Assembly (NCBI GenBank): GCA_049322355.1
Contig: JBMORG010000001.1
Coordinates: 19,410-83,409, forward strand
Length of the DNA stretch: 64,000 nucleotides
Source: Thermodesulfobacteriota bacterium
Lineage (GTDB): Bacteria > Desulfobacterota > Desulfobaccia > Desulfobaccales > 0-14-0-80-60-11
Direction: 5' to 3'
This document shows, piece after piece, positions 28,125 through 36,206 of this stretch. Below the pieces are notes generated by a model. The model searched no databases and was not told where the DNA came from. It was given only the letters and a program-made list of their open reading frames with translations. Position 1 is the stretch's first letter. Each line of letters opens with the position of its first letter. Made by a program: the position numbers and the translations under genes.

Positions 28125-30826
28125 AACCCCAGTTTTCGCAGGCTAAATCACGTAAATCCGGATGCCAGGGAAGGATCACGGTCGCAGACATCGCCGCAGA
28201 CCTGGAATGCCGCAGACCTGGCTGCAGTTGCCACCATGAAGGGCCTAACGGCTGGCAAACCCATTGCCCCGCTCATGCAGATGAGCACCCCTCAATGTCC
28301 CTTTCGGAAAGTGATGACGGCAAAGTTTTGGTCCACTGCTATGCCGGCTGTGACCAGATGGAGGTAATCCAGGCGCTAAAGGACATGGGGCTGTGGCCAT
28401 CCCAGGCAAATACCTCGGGGACTGATCCCTCCCGGCCACCTAGGGGAGAACTGGTGGAGGCCTATAGTTATTTGGATGAAGCAGGAAAGCTGCGCTACCA
28501 GTCCTGCCGGTTTATACCAAAGATTTTTCGACTGCGGAAACCCATTGGCCAGGGCGATTGGGAATACAATCTCAAAGGTGTTGACCGGATTCCCTACAAT
28601 CTTCCAGACGTCATCGGGTCCGAAGTGGTCTTCATCGCCGAGGGCGAGAAAGACTGTAACAATTTAAAGAAGGTGGGGATTTCCGCCACTACTAACCCGA
28701 TGGGCGCTTTGAAATGGCGCAAGGAATACAACCGCTATTTTGAAAACAAGCAGGTCGTCATCCTTCCAGACAATGATGAGCCTGGCCGCAAACACGCCGA
28801 TTCCGTGGCCCGGCATCTCCATGGGGTCGCAGCTTCGGTCAAAATCCTGGAGCTTCCGAATCTGCCGGAAAAGGGCGATGTCTCTGACTGGCTGGCAGCC
28901 GGCGGCACTGCCGAGGAGTTGCGGAAACTGGCGGAGAAAGCCCCGGAATGGCAGCAGGCGGCCAAGGTTGGACCGCAGAAGGAAAACGGCTCCAAGGGAT
29001 CCCGGGCAAGTGGGATTTTGCGCCCGGTGGACCCCGACGAAAAACCGGAACTGCCCCCGGTTAATGCCACGCTTCCAAATGCCCCGGTGCTCAAAAACAT
29101 TACGATTCCGGCGGGATGGTCCCTGACTCCAGAGGGCGTGGGCAAAATCATCAAGATCAAGGAGGGGTTGGAACACCGCCTGGTGGCACCCGCTCCCATC
29201 ATGATTGCCGGACGTCTAGTAGATCAGGTCGATGATACCGAGTTCCTCAAGTTGACCTGGTTACGGGATGGCAGGTGGAAGGAACAAACGATAAGCAGGA
29301 AGGTAATCGCCACCACCAGGGCGATAACCGAACTGGCAGAAGTGGGCCTGCCGGTCACCAGCAAGAACGCCGGCGACCTCGTGGAATTTTTGGCGGCTTT
29401 TGAAGCTGAAAACATCGGTATGCTCCCCCTGGCTCGGGTTTCCCCGCATCTGGGCTGGCAGGGAGAAGCAGGAAACCTTGAGTTTTTATGGGGCAAGACC
29501 TTGCTTCGGCCGGGTCTGGACCGGCAGGCAATCGACCTGGAAATGCTGCCTACCAAGCAATGGCAGCGGGATGTGGTCACTTTCCGGGGTACAGACCTCG
29601 GGGATGAACAGATAGCCGCAGCCTTTTGTTCCCAAGGCTCCTTTGAAGGCTGGGTACAGGCCGTAAAGCTGGTCGCCGATTATCCACGGGTGATGTTAGG
29701 TCTTTACGGCGCCCTGACACCGCCTTTACTGGAGATCTTTGGCTGTCCCAATTTCATCTTGGATTGGTCGTGCAGAAGCAGCGTTGGGAAAACCTCATTG
29801 CTCCGGGGCGGGGGCTCCTGCTGGGGCAACCCGGATGAACAGGCGGACGCCTCGGTGATTGCCTCCTGGGATGCCACCCGGGTGTGGATTAATCGGGCGG
29901 CCGTGACATTACATAGCTTGCCCCTCTTCCTGGACGAGACCAAGCGGGTCAAGTATCCGGCAGAAATAGGCAGGATTCTTTATGACATAGCCCAAGGCCG
30001 GGACAGGGGCCGGGGATCAAAAATGGGGACGCGCCGGTCCGACACTTTCAGAACCGTTTTACTCTCCACCGGTGAAACCCCGGCTGTGTCCTTCACCAAC
30101 GACGGCGGCACCCGGGCCCGGGTTTTGACACTGTGGGGGCACCCCTTTGGCAAAGCCGACCAAGAAACGGCAAAGCTGGTCAATACCTTGAACCTGGCGG
30201 TAAAGCAAAATTACGGTCATGCCGGTCCCTTGTTCGTCCAATTCCTCCTCTCCCATCAGAGTGATTGGGAGATGTGGCGGAAGAAGTATTACGCAGTGAA
30301 TGCAGCCTACCAGGACATGGCCGGAGCCAATCCTGTCGCCAGCCGATTGTGTGCCTACTTTTCGGCCTTAAACCTGACCGCGGCCATCGCACACGCCGCT
30401 TTGGACCTGCCCTGGACTTATCAGGATCCGGTGGAAGCCTTATGGGAGGATCTGGTTTCGGAAACCGACACGGCTGATGTCGCCAGCCAAGCCCTGGCAA
30501 TGGTAGTGAGCTGGGCCCGAGCCCATGAAACCAGCTTCTCCGGGCGCGAGAGAGATGGTAGGCCATCATTCCAGGGCTGGGCCGGCCGATGGGATCCCGG
30601 TGAATCCTGGGAGTATATCGCTTTCCTGCCGCATCAGCTCAAGGCGCTGATCAAGGAATTCGGCTTCGATTTCGAAGCGGTAACCAGATCATGGCTCGAT
30701 TCTGGATGGCTGGAAGTTGACAGAGGCCCTAGGAAGACCCGCCAGAAGCAGATCCGTATTAACGGTGAAAAAACCGGGGCTTATGTGATTCGTCGCAGCG
30801 CCATTAAAGCCCTGGAAAGCGAATAG
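28121..30826 (+). CDS. Primase/helicase-like replication protein (Zn-binding N-terminus, Toprim, DUF927-type P-loop C-terminus)
   Basis: Zn-binding region HCPAHADEHPSMSL...VHCYAGC. Toprim motifs VVFIAEGEKD and VVILPDNDEPGRKHA. P-loop WSCRSSVGKTSLL in a DUF927-like region. Confidence 0.8.
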   Translation: MKPQFSQAKSRKSGCQGRITVADIAADLECRRPGCSCHHEGPNGWQTHCPAHADEHPSMSLSESDDGKVLVHCYAGCDQMEVIQALKDMGLWPSQANTSGTDPSRPPRGELVEAYSYLDEAGKLRYQSCRFIPKIFRLRKPIGQGDWEYNLKGVDRIPYNLPDVIGSEVVFIAEGEKDCNNLKKVGISATTNPMGALKWRKEYNRYFENKQVVILPDNDEPGRKHADSVARHLHGVAASVKILELPNLPEKGDVSDWLAAGGTAEELRKLAEKAPEWQQAAKVGPQKENGSKGSRASGILRPVDPDEKPELPPVNATLPNAPVLKNITIPAGWSLTPEGVGKIIKIKEGLEHRLVAPAPIMIAGRLVDQVDDTEFLKLTWLRDGRWKEQTISRKVIATTRAITELAEVGLPVTSKNAGDLVEFLAAFEAENIGMLPLARVSPHLGWQGEAGNLEFLWGKTLLRPGLDRQAIDLEMLPTKQWQRDVVTFRGTDLGDEQIAAAFCSQGSFEGWVQAVKLVADYPRVMLGLYGALTPPLLEIFGCPNFILDWSCRSSVGKTSLLRGGGSCWGNPDEQADASVIASWDATRVWINRAAVTLHSLPLFLDETKRVKYPAEIGRILYDIAQGRDRGRGSKMGTRRSDTFRTVLLSTGETPAVSFTNDGGTRARVLTLWGHPFGKADQETAKLVNTLNLAVKQNYGHAGPLFVQFLLSHQSDWEMWRKKYYAVNAAYQDMAGANPVASRLCAYFSALNLTAAIAHAALDLPWTYQDPVEALWEDLVSETDTADVASQALAMVVSWARAHETSFSGRERDGRPSFQGWAGRWDPGESWEYIAFLPHQLKALIKEFGFDFEAVTRSWLDSGWLEVDRGPRKTRQKQIRINGEKTGAYVIRRSAIKALESE

Positions 30827-30838
30827 AACCTGTTTTAG

Positions 30839-31106
30839 TGTGGACAATGAGAACAGGCTGCGGACAGTGAGCTAATGTATAATCGCTGTAATACCAGATA
30901 GTTATACCATTGTCCGCATCGTTCTCATTGTCCTCATGGGGTTAGACCGTTGGTTATGGTCGCGAAATTACCCGGCGCCGATCAGGATATGGTGCCTGCA
31001 AAAAGTGGGTGAGCAAAAAATCACTGAGGACAATGCGGACAAAATGTTAAGTGGCTTAATTTATTGCTTTAAAGTCGTACGCGCTGTCTACATTGTCCAC
31101 ATTGCC
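30839..31106. repeat. GGACA(A/G)T repeat cluster including a large imperfect palindrome (candidate origin or operator of element 1)
   Basis: Left arm tggacaatgagaac...gcggacagtgag (30841-30871). Right arm ccattgtccgc...gttctcattgtcc (30907-30933). Further copies lie at 31028-31047 (ggacaatgcggacaaaatg) and 31091-31106 (cattgtccacattgcc). Confidence 0.6.
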
Positions 31107-31123
31107 TATATAGGAGGAAAATT

Positions 31124-31564
31124 ATGACCGTTTTACTGGATGATGAGTTTCTACGAAGTTTGGGGATCAGAGAGGGGTGCTTGCCCCGATGGTCCGCCCC
31201 CACCAAGGAGCCGGTGACCGGCGTCGGGCAGAACCTGCCGATGGCCGAGGACAAACCTGTCCCGCCGGAAGTTCTCGATCTTACCCCGGAAGAACTGGAA
31301 AAATTGATCAAGGAGGACCACAGCGAGGAAAACCCGTATGTGTTTTTGATGCCGGGGGGCCGTCACACGGCTGCAGTTTATCCTGGTGACACCAAAGAAT
31401 TGCCGGAAACCATGGACAAGTATGACATGGTGTTGAAAGCTAACCAATTTATGAACATGGTTGACTTATGTAAAACAGGCCAGAAGAAGTTCATGGGCTA
31501 TAAGACCAGAACCGGCGAGTGGTTCGACCTAAAAGGAGGAATTTTGGAATGTTTAAAGATCTAA
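31124..31564 (+). CDS. Hypothetical protein
   Basis: ORF with RBS taggaggaaaatt before the ATG. No recognisable motif. Confidence 0.5.
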   Translation: MTVLLDDEFLRSLGIREGCLPRWSAPTKEPVTGVGQNLPMAEDKPVPPEVLDLTPEELEKLIKEDHSEENPYVFLMPGGRHTAAVYPGDTKELPETMDKYDMVLKANQFMNMVDLCKTGQKKFMGYKTRTGEWFDLKGGILECLKI

Positions 31565-32025
31565 AGGAGTTGGTCAAGTTGTTCGAGCTTGACCCTGACG
31601 TCCGCAGCGCTGTACTGCAACTGGACCATTATCTGGTCTTGGAGGCGAGGACTGAAGCGGCAGAATCTTTTTTGTCTCAACTGATTTGGGGGTTGTATCT
31701 GCCATTCACCGTCTCCTGGCTATCAGAGGCGGGCTTCACAGTGCGGCTCTATAAAAATCCTTATGAAAAATCTTTTACAAACCCGCTCGCGGCAGACAGG
31801 TTTGGGATCCGCACTTTATACGGGCCTAGAGATCGCATCGCAGTCCCCAGGTCTTATGACGGCGAAGATGAAGAATCGCTGCTGGAAGAACCGGTGGCGG
31901 CGCTGCCAGAAAAAACTCTAACATTGTTGGGCCTTATGGATGATCTCTGTGACAAGCTAATTTTTCACGAATCTGTGCCCCCTGATGTTGCACCGCAAGA
32001 TGCAACCTACCGCAACATCATCTGA
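31549..32025 (+). CDS. Hypothetical protein
   Basis: The ATG at 31549 is preceded by aaaggagga. The listed start at 31519 is less likely. Confidence 0.5.
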   Translation: MFKDLKELVKLFELDPDVRSAVLQLDHYLVLEARTEAAESFLSQLIWGLYLPFTVSWLSEAGFTVRLYKNPYEKSFTNPLAADRFGIRTLYGPRDRIAVPRSYDGEDEESLLEEPVAALPEKTLTLLGLMDDLCDKLIFHESVPPDVAPQDATYRNII

Positions 32026-32187
32026 CTCGTAGGAGCTTAAGGACTACATAACCAAAATATATCGATGGACCGGCTGCTCGTAAAAGTGCAATTAAGCCGG
32101 TCCATATCTTTTAAGACGTAAGCCGATTTATCCGGCTGCGTTTCCCTCCTGAGCTCCCATTTTTCGACCTGGCCATTCGGCTGGGTA

Positions 32188-32562
32188 TTGGGAGAAACAA
32201 CATTCATGGCGTCATCTGCAATTGAATCTGCGCACCAGTATGAGATAATGACCCTTGAGGAGGTTGCTCAATTTCTCCGGAAAAGTGAAAGTTGGGTTTA
32301 CAAAAATTGGAGGGTATTGGGCGGCAGGAAGCTCAGGGGTTCTCTCATTTTTCCTTCAAAGGAGGACCTCTATGGGCGTCTATTTCCAAAAGGGGAAGGG
32401 GTGGAGATACGACTTCATCCTGAAAGGCCAGCGCTACAGCAAGTGCTGGTTCAAAACCAAGGCCGAAGCCCGGCAGGCCGAGGCAAAAAAACGGGAGGAA
32501 CTGAAAAACCCGCCGCCAGCGGTGGAGATCCCAACCGACATGGCCTTCTTGGACTTGGTTAA
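32188..32562 (+). CDS. Helix-turn-helix (excisionase/AlpA-like) protein; start (32206 or 32248) and functional 3' end are uncertain because the tail overlaps the int start
   Basis: MTLEEVAQFLRKSESWVYKNWRVLGGRKL is an HTH-like segment. The ORF continues in an alternative frame over the integrase 5' end. Confidence 0.4.
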   Translation: MGETTFMASSAIESAHQYEIMTLEEVAQFLRKSESWVYKNWRVLGGRKLRGSLIFPSKEDLYGRLFPKGEGVEIRLHPERPALQQVLVQNQGRSPAGRGKKTGGTEKPAASGGDPNRHGLLGLG

Positions 32563-33454
32563 TCTGCGGCTGGACTATGTGAAGGCGTATAAGTCCCAGA
32601 AATATTACGTCGACCATATCTATACCGTCAAAAGGTTTGTAAAGGAATGGCGGAACCTTAGTTGCCGTGAAATAACGATGCAGATGGTCCAGCGCTATCT
32701 CATCAGACGAGCCAGGGTGTCGGCTTTCACTGCCAACAAGGACCTACGGTATCTCCGGGCCCTGTTCAACTTTGGAATCAAACAGAATCTGGTGAAGTAC
32801 AACCCTACCCAGGGAATGGAGTTTATGCCGGTGGAGCGCAAGCTCAAATACGTTCCTCCGAAAGAAGATGTGGCCAAGGTGCTTCTGGCAGCAAACCCGG
32901 ATGCCCAGGACTACCTGATAGCCATCATGGACACCATGGGCCGGATGAGCGAAATAAACCGTCTGACCTGGGAGGACGTAGACCTAAAAACAAAGAGCGT
33001 GGTGCTCTATACCCGAAAGAAAAAGGGCGGGCACTTGACCCCCAGACAGGTACACATGACCACCAGGCTCTTTGGCATGCTTGTCAAACGGTATAAGAAC
33101 CGTGACAAAACCAAACCCTGGGTCTTCTGGGACCGGCGCTGGAGCCGCAAAGTGGGGAAGTTCGTAGAAGGCCCCTACCAGCATCGCAAAAACCTTATGG
33201 CCAAACTGTGCCAGCAGGCCGGGGTGCGGCACTTCGGCTTTCACGCCCTGCGTCACCTCGGAGCTTCCATCATGGACCGGGCAAACGTACCAATTGGCTC
33301 CATCCAGCGGATCCTGGGACATGAAAACCGGACTACCACGGAGATCTATCTCCATTCCATCGGCGAGGCCGAGCGGGAAGCCATGGCCATCTATGAGCGG
33401 GCCTGGCAGGATGATCTCCAGGAAAAAAGTCACACACAAAGTCACACACAGTAA
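32372..33454 (+). CDS. int: Tyrosine recombinase / site-specific integrase (element 1)
   Basis: The ATG at 32372 is preceded by aaaggagga. Catalytic signature RMSEINRLTWEDVD ... HALRHLGASIM ... LGHENRTTTEIYLH (R...HxxR...H...Y). Confidence 0.9.
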   Translation: MGVYFQKGKGWRYDFILKGQRYSKCWFKTKAEARQAEAKKREELKNPPPAVEIPTDMAFLDLVNLRLDYVKAYKSQKYYVDHIYTVKRFVKEWRNLSCREITMQMVQRYLIRRARVSAFTANKDLRYLRALFNFGIKQNLVKYNPTQGMEFMPVERKLKYVPPKEDVAKVLLAANPDAQDYLIAIMDTMGRMSEINRLTWEDVDLKTKSVVLYTRKKKGGHLTPRQVHMTTRLFGMLVKRYKNRDKTKPWVFWDRRWSRKVGKFVEGPYQHRKNLMAKLCQQAGVRHFGFHALRHLGASIMDRANVPIGSIQRILGHENRTTTEIYLHSIGEAEREAMAIYERAWQDDLQEKSHTQSHTQ

Positions 33455-33462
33455 AAGAAGGA

Positions 33463-33494
33463 GGGGTTAGCCCAATAGCTAACCCCTTGATTTT
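33463..33494 (+). terminator. Rho-independent terminator-like hairpin after int
   Basis: ggggttagc-ccaata-gctaacccc (9-bp perfect stem) followed by ttgatttt. Confidence 0.55.
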
Positions 33495-33496
33495 AC

Positions 33497-33546
33497 TGGA
33501 GCCGGCAGGGGGATTTGAACCCTCGACCTGCTGATTACGAATCAGG
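33497..33546 (-). other. 3' fragment (anticodon arm to CCA) of a tRNA-Thr(CGU)-like gene; att-site remnant, not a functional tRNA
   Basis: The minus strand reads cctga-ttCGTaa-tcagc aggtc gaggg-ttcaaat-ccccc tgccggc t cca. That gives an anticodon loop with CGT, a variable loop, a T arm with the TTCAAAT loop, a 7-nt acceptor strand, a discriminator and CCA. No matching 5' acceptor or D arm follows at 33547-33580. The T stem has an A:C mismatch. Confidence 0.7.
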
Positions 33547-33685
33547 GCAAATATCATTTCAAACCGTTTTTTACCTTCCCATGACTATCCTTTTAATTAC
33601 TAAAAAATCTTGACAAATGGCATTGTTATGAATATCTTTTGGTCTAAGATGTTTCCCTATGTCCCTTGCGCTGCCAGGTTAAAAA

Positions 33686-33710
33686 TGCTACCCCAGTTGC
33701 TACCCCAGAA
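33686..33710. repeat. Left copy of the 25-bp direct repeat (tandem TGCTACCCCA motifs), candidate att or arm site
   Basis: tgctaccccaGttgctaccccagaa lies 18 bp upstream of the int2 start. Its partner at 63944-63968 differs at one base. Confidence 0.6.
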
Positions 33711-33727
33711 ATTGGAGAGGCGACCAG

Positions 33728-34948
33728 ATGAAAAAATTCACCGATAAGAAGATCCAAAATCTCAAGCCCAAAGCCCAGCGGTATGAAGAATGGGAAGGAA
33801 ATGGCTTTGGAGTCCGGGTTTCTCCCAAGGGGATAAAGAGCTTCGTTTTTATCTATAGATTTGAGGGGAAACCCCGGAGACTTACTCTGGGAAACTATCC
33901 AACCATGACTTTGGCAGATGCCCACGAGGCCCATGCCAAGGCCGTAAAGAAGTTGGAGAAGGGAATTGACCCAGGAGCCGAGACTGTGTCTGAACGTCAG
34001 GAGGAACGCAAAGCTCCCACTGTGGCACACTTGGTTGAGGAGTACATGGAGAAGTGGGCCAAAACAAGAAAACGTAGCTGGAAAGAAGATGACCGTATCC
34101 TAAAAAAGGATGTGCTTCCGACATGGGGCCACCGCAAAGCCAAAGAGATTAGCAGGCGCGATGTTATTCGGCTACTCGATGACATTTTTGACCGTGGTGC
34201 CGGCATCATGGCAAACCGAACTTTAGCGGTTGTTCGCAAGATGTTTAACTTCGCCGTAAGCCGAGATATTGTGTCTGTTTCCCCCTGCTTGGCTGTCCGC
34301 GCACCGGCACCTGAGCAACGTCGGGATCGGGTTTTGACCACAGATGAAATTCGAGCTCTTTGGCAAGGTTTGGCTGGCGCTAAGATGATGGCAGAGGGAA
34401 CCAAATTGGCCATAAAACTGCAATTGGTGACTGCACAAAGAAAGGCCGAAATCGTCAGTGCGGCCTGGGATGAAATTGATTTGACCGAAAAATGGTGGAC
34501 TATCCCGCCCGAGAAGGCCAAGAATAAGATGGCACATAGAGTTCCTCTATCTCCCCTGGCTTTGGAGCTTCTGGAGAGGGCTAAAGATTTTTCGGGCAAT
34601 TCATCATGGGTTTTTCCTTCACCCCGCACAGACCGGCATATTACCCCGGAAGCCGTTGATCATGCACTGCGGCGCCCTGGCCTGAATGCCTTAGGTTTCT
34701 CTTTTGTACCTCATGATTTGAGAAGAACTGCGGCTAGTCACATGACCGGGATGGGTATATCCCGGCTGGTAGTTAGCAAAATACTCAACCATATTGAGCG
34801 CGGTGTAACAGCCGTATACGACCGCCATAGTTATGATCGGGAAAAGCGTCAAGCCTTGGAATCCTGGGGCTCCAAGCTTAAGTCTATCATTGAAGATGCT
34901 GAGATAAAGGTGATCCCGATGGTTCGTGGCGGTCTTATTAAGAGCTGA
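33728..34948 (+). CDS. int: Tyrosine integrase, P4/CP4-57 type (element 2)
   Basis: The N-terminal arm-binding-type domain is KKIQNLKPKAQRYEEWEGNGFGVRVSPKGIKSFVFIYRFEGKPRRLTLGNYP. Catalytic TAQRKAEIV..., HDLRRTAASHM and LNHIERGVTAVYDRH are present. Confidence 0.9.
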   Translation: MKKFTDKKIQNLKPKAQRYEEWEGNGFGVRVSPKGIKSFVFIYRFEGKPRRLTLGNYPTMTLADAHEAHAKAVKKLEKGIDPGAETVSERQEERKAPTVAHLVEEYMEKWAKTRKRSWKEDDRILKKDVLPTWGHRKAKEISRRDVIRLLDDIFDRGAGIMANRTLAVVRKMFNFAVSRDIVSVSPCLAVRAPAPEQRRDRVLTTDEIRALWQGLAGAKMMAEGTKLAIKLQLVTAQRKAEIVSAAWDEIDLTEKWWTIPPEKAKNKMAHRVPLSPLALELLERAKDFSGNSSWVFPSPRTDRHITPEAVDHALRRPGLNALGFSFVPHDLRRTAASHMTGMGISRLVVSKILNHIERGVTAVYDRHSYDREKRQALESWGSKLKSIIEDAEIKVIPMVRGGLIKS

Positions 34949-35035
34949 GCCTGCCCATCCACTCCAAGCCGATCGCCAGGGAGACCTCATTACGTTGGGC
35001 AGGATGCTTTCTGGGGATCATAAGATGAGGTAAGT

Positions 35036-35734
35036 ATGTCCCATAAAACAAAAAATCTTTTCCATCAGCGCAAAAAGGGCGAGCCCATTACCTATGATGG
35101 GAACATCGAACCCATACCCTTTCCGCTGGGAAGCCGGGAAGGGCCGAACGCTCTCACATTAAAAATTACCGCCTCCCCAGAAGACTGGCAGACCCTTTTC
35201 CTCTTGGCGGAAGCAGATCCGGAGCATCTTGGCAAGTTGATCAAATTTTACATTACCAACCCTATCTATGAGCATTATCTTACCAAGGAAGAAATTAATC
35301 AAACTCGCGGAGTTCACGATATTGCTGAGCGAAATTTCATGGACAGGGCCCGAAGGTATGCAGTGGCTACCTATACCGTTCTCTCACAATGGGCTAAGGG
35401 CCCCATGGCAAGCTGGCCAGAATATTTGCAAGCTTTAATTCGAGAAGCGGAAAAAACCATGGGCAAGGAAAATGTCTGGCCTCCCGAAAAGGAGGCGCCA
35501 GATGTTATTACTATGGTGAGGTGTCTGATAGCCTTAAAATACGGGAACCAGATTAAACAGTTTCGGCTTACTGAACCGGAGTTTATGGACAATGAAGTCT
35601 TCCGTAAAACTTATCTTGATAAGAACAAGTTAAAAGCAGCAAAATTTTATATACAGGAATATGGAGATAAGATGACTGTTGAGTGGTTATTTGACATTCT
35701 ACCAGAATTTCCTTGGGTAGCAGAGGATGAGTAA
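35036..35734 (+). CDS. Hypothetical protein
   Basis: ORF with RBS gaggt before the ATG, followed by a strong terminator. No recognisable motif. Confidence 0.5.
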   Translation: MSHKTKNLFHQRKKGEPITYDGNIEPIPFPLGSREGPNALTLKITASPEDWQTLFLLAEADPEHLGKLIKFYITNPIYEHYLTKEEINQTRGVHDIAERNFMDRARRYAVATYTVLSQWAKGPMASWPEYLQALIREAEKTMGKENVWPPEKEAPDVITMVRCLIALKYGNQIKQFRLTEPEFMDNEVFRKTYLDKNKLKAAKFYIQEYGDKMTVEWLFDILPEFPWVAEDE

Positions 35735-35778
35735 TGTAACTTAGACATTCTAAAACAATAAGTCTTGGGCATCAGAAA

Positions 35779-35809
35779 GCCAATCCTTTATAGGGATTGG
35801 CTTTTTTTT
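35779..35809 (+). terminator. Rho-independent terminator
   Basis: gccaatcc-tttatag-ggattggc followed by tttttttt. Confidence 0.7.
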
Positions 35810-35837
35810 GCAAAATAGCAATTTTAGACTTCCAAGC

Positions 35838-35856
35838 ATTTGCAATTTTTGCAAAT
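35838..35856. promoter_or_regulatory. Palindromic TTGCAA operator-like site upstream of alpA
   Basis: atttgcaa-ttt-ttgcaaat (8-bp arms). An additional ttgcaaaa lies at 35808-35815. Confidence 0.35.
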
Positions 35857-35941
35857 TAAGGATTCCCGGTACTCATGAAAACTTATGATAGGTTCTGCAT
35901 TTAATAGAAACAAAAAGAATGGATCAATAAGGAGTGTTGAT

Positions 35942-36181
35942 ATGAGTAATTTAATATGGCGAGAACCTAAAGTCAAGGAAGAAACTGGTCTCTCAAAATC
36001 AACGAGATGGCGGCTTATGAAAGCCGGCCTTTTTCCTCAAAAGATTCAGCTTGGCCCCCGAGCTGTTGGATGGCGGGCTGAAGAAGTCATCGAATGGTGC
36101 CGGACCAGGCAAGAAGCAAAGGCCGAACCTGTGGCGAAGAAGAATCCCGACTCAACCGAAAATCAAGAGCTCCTGGCGTAG
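35942..36181 (+). CDS. alpA: AlpA-family phage/island transcriptional regulator (HTH)
   Basis: The ATG at 35942 is preceded by aataaggag. KVKEETGLSKSTRWRLMKAGLFPQKIQLGPRAVGWRAEEVIEWC is the typical AlpA/Phage_AlpA motif. Confidence 0.8.
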   Translation: MSNLIWREPKVKEETGLSKSTRWRLMKAGLFPQKIQLGPRAVGWRAEEVIEWCRTRQEAKAEPVAKKNPDSTENQELLA

Positions 36182-36206
36182 CTGGCCAGAAAAAAGGACG
36201 AAGAGA

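Larger units (their letters stand above)
27882..33546. mobile_element. Integrative element 1 (HTH, Toprim/DUF927 primase, hypotheticals, HTH, tyrosine integrase) abutting a tRNA 3' fragment; the left boundary is not identified and could extend toward ~22.85 kb
   Basis: Supported by gene content, by the integrase lying next to the tRNA-derived sequence, and by the absence of housekeeping genes. Confidence 0.5.

Noticed and set aside
33431-33450. A cacacacaaagtcacacaca microrepeat at the 3' end of int1.
   Set aside because: It simply encodes the C-terminal HTQSHTQ tail of the integrase. It is too short to be a meaningful microsatellite or regulatory element.
33497-33546. Considered calling this an intact tRNA-Thr gene.
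   Set aside because: Only the anticodon arm through CCA is present, and no complementary 5' acceptor strand or D arm follows. It is reported as an att-type fragment instead.
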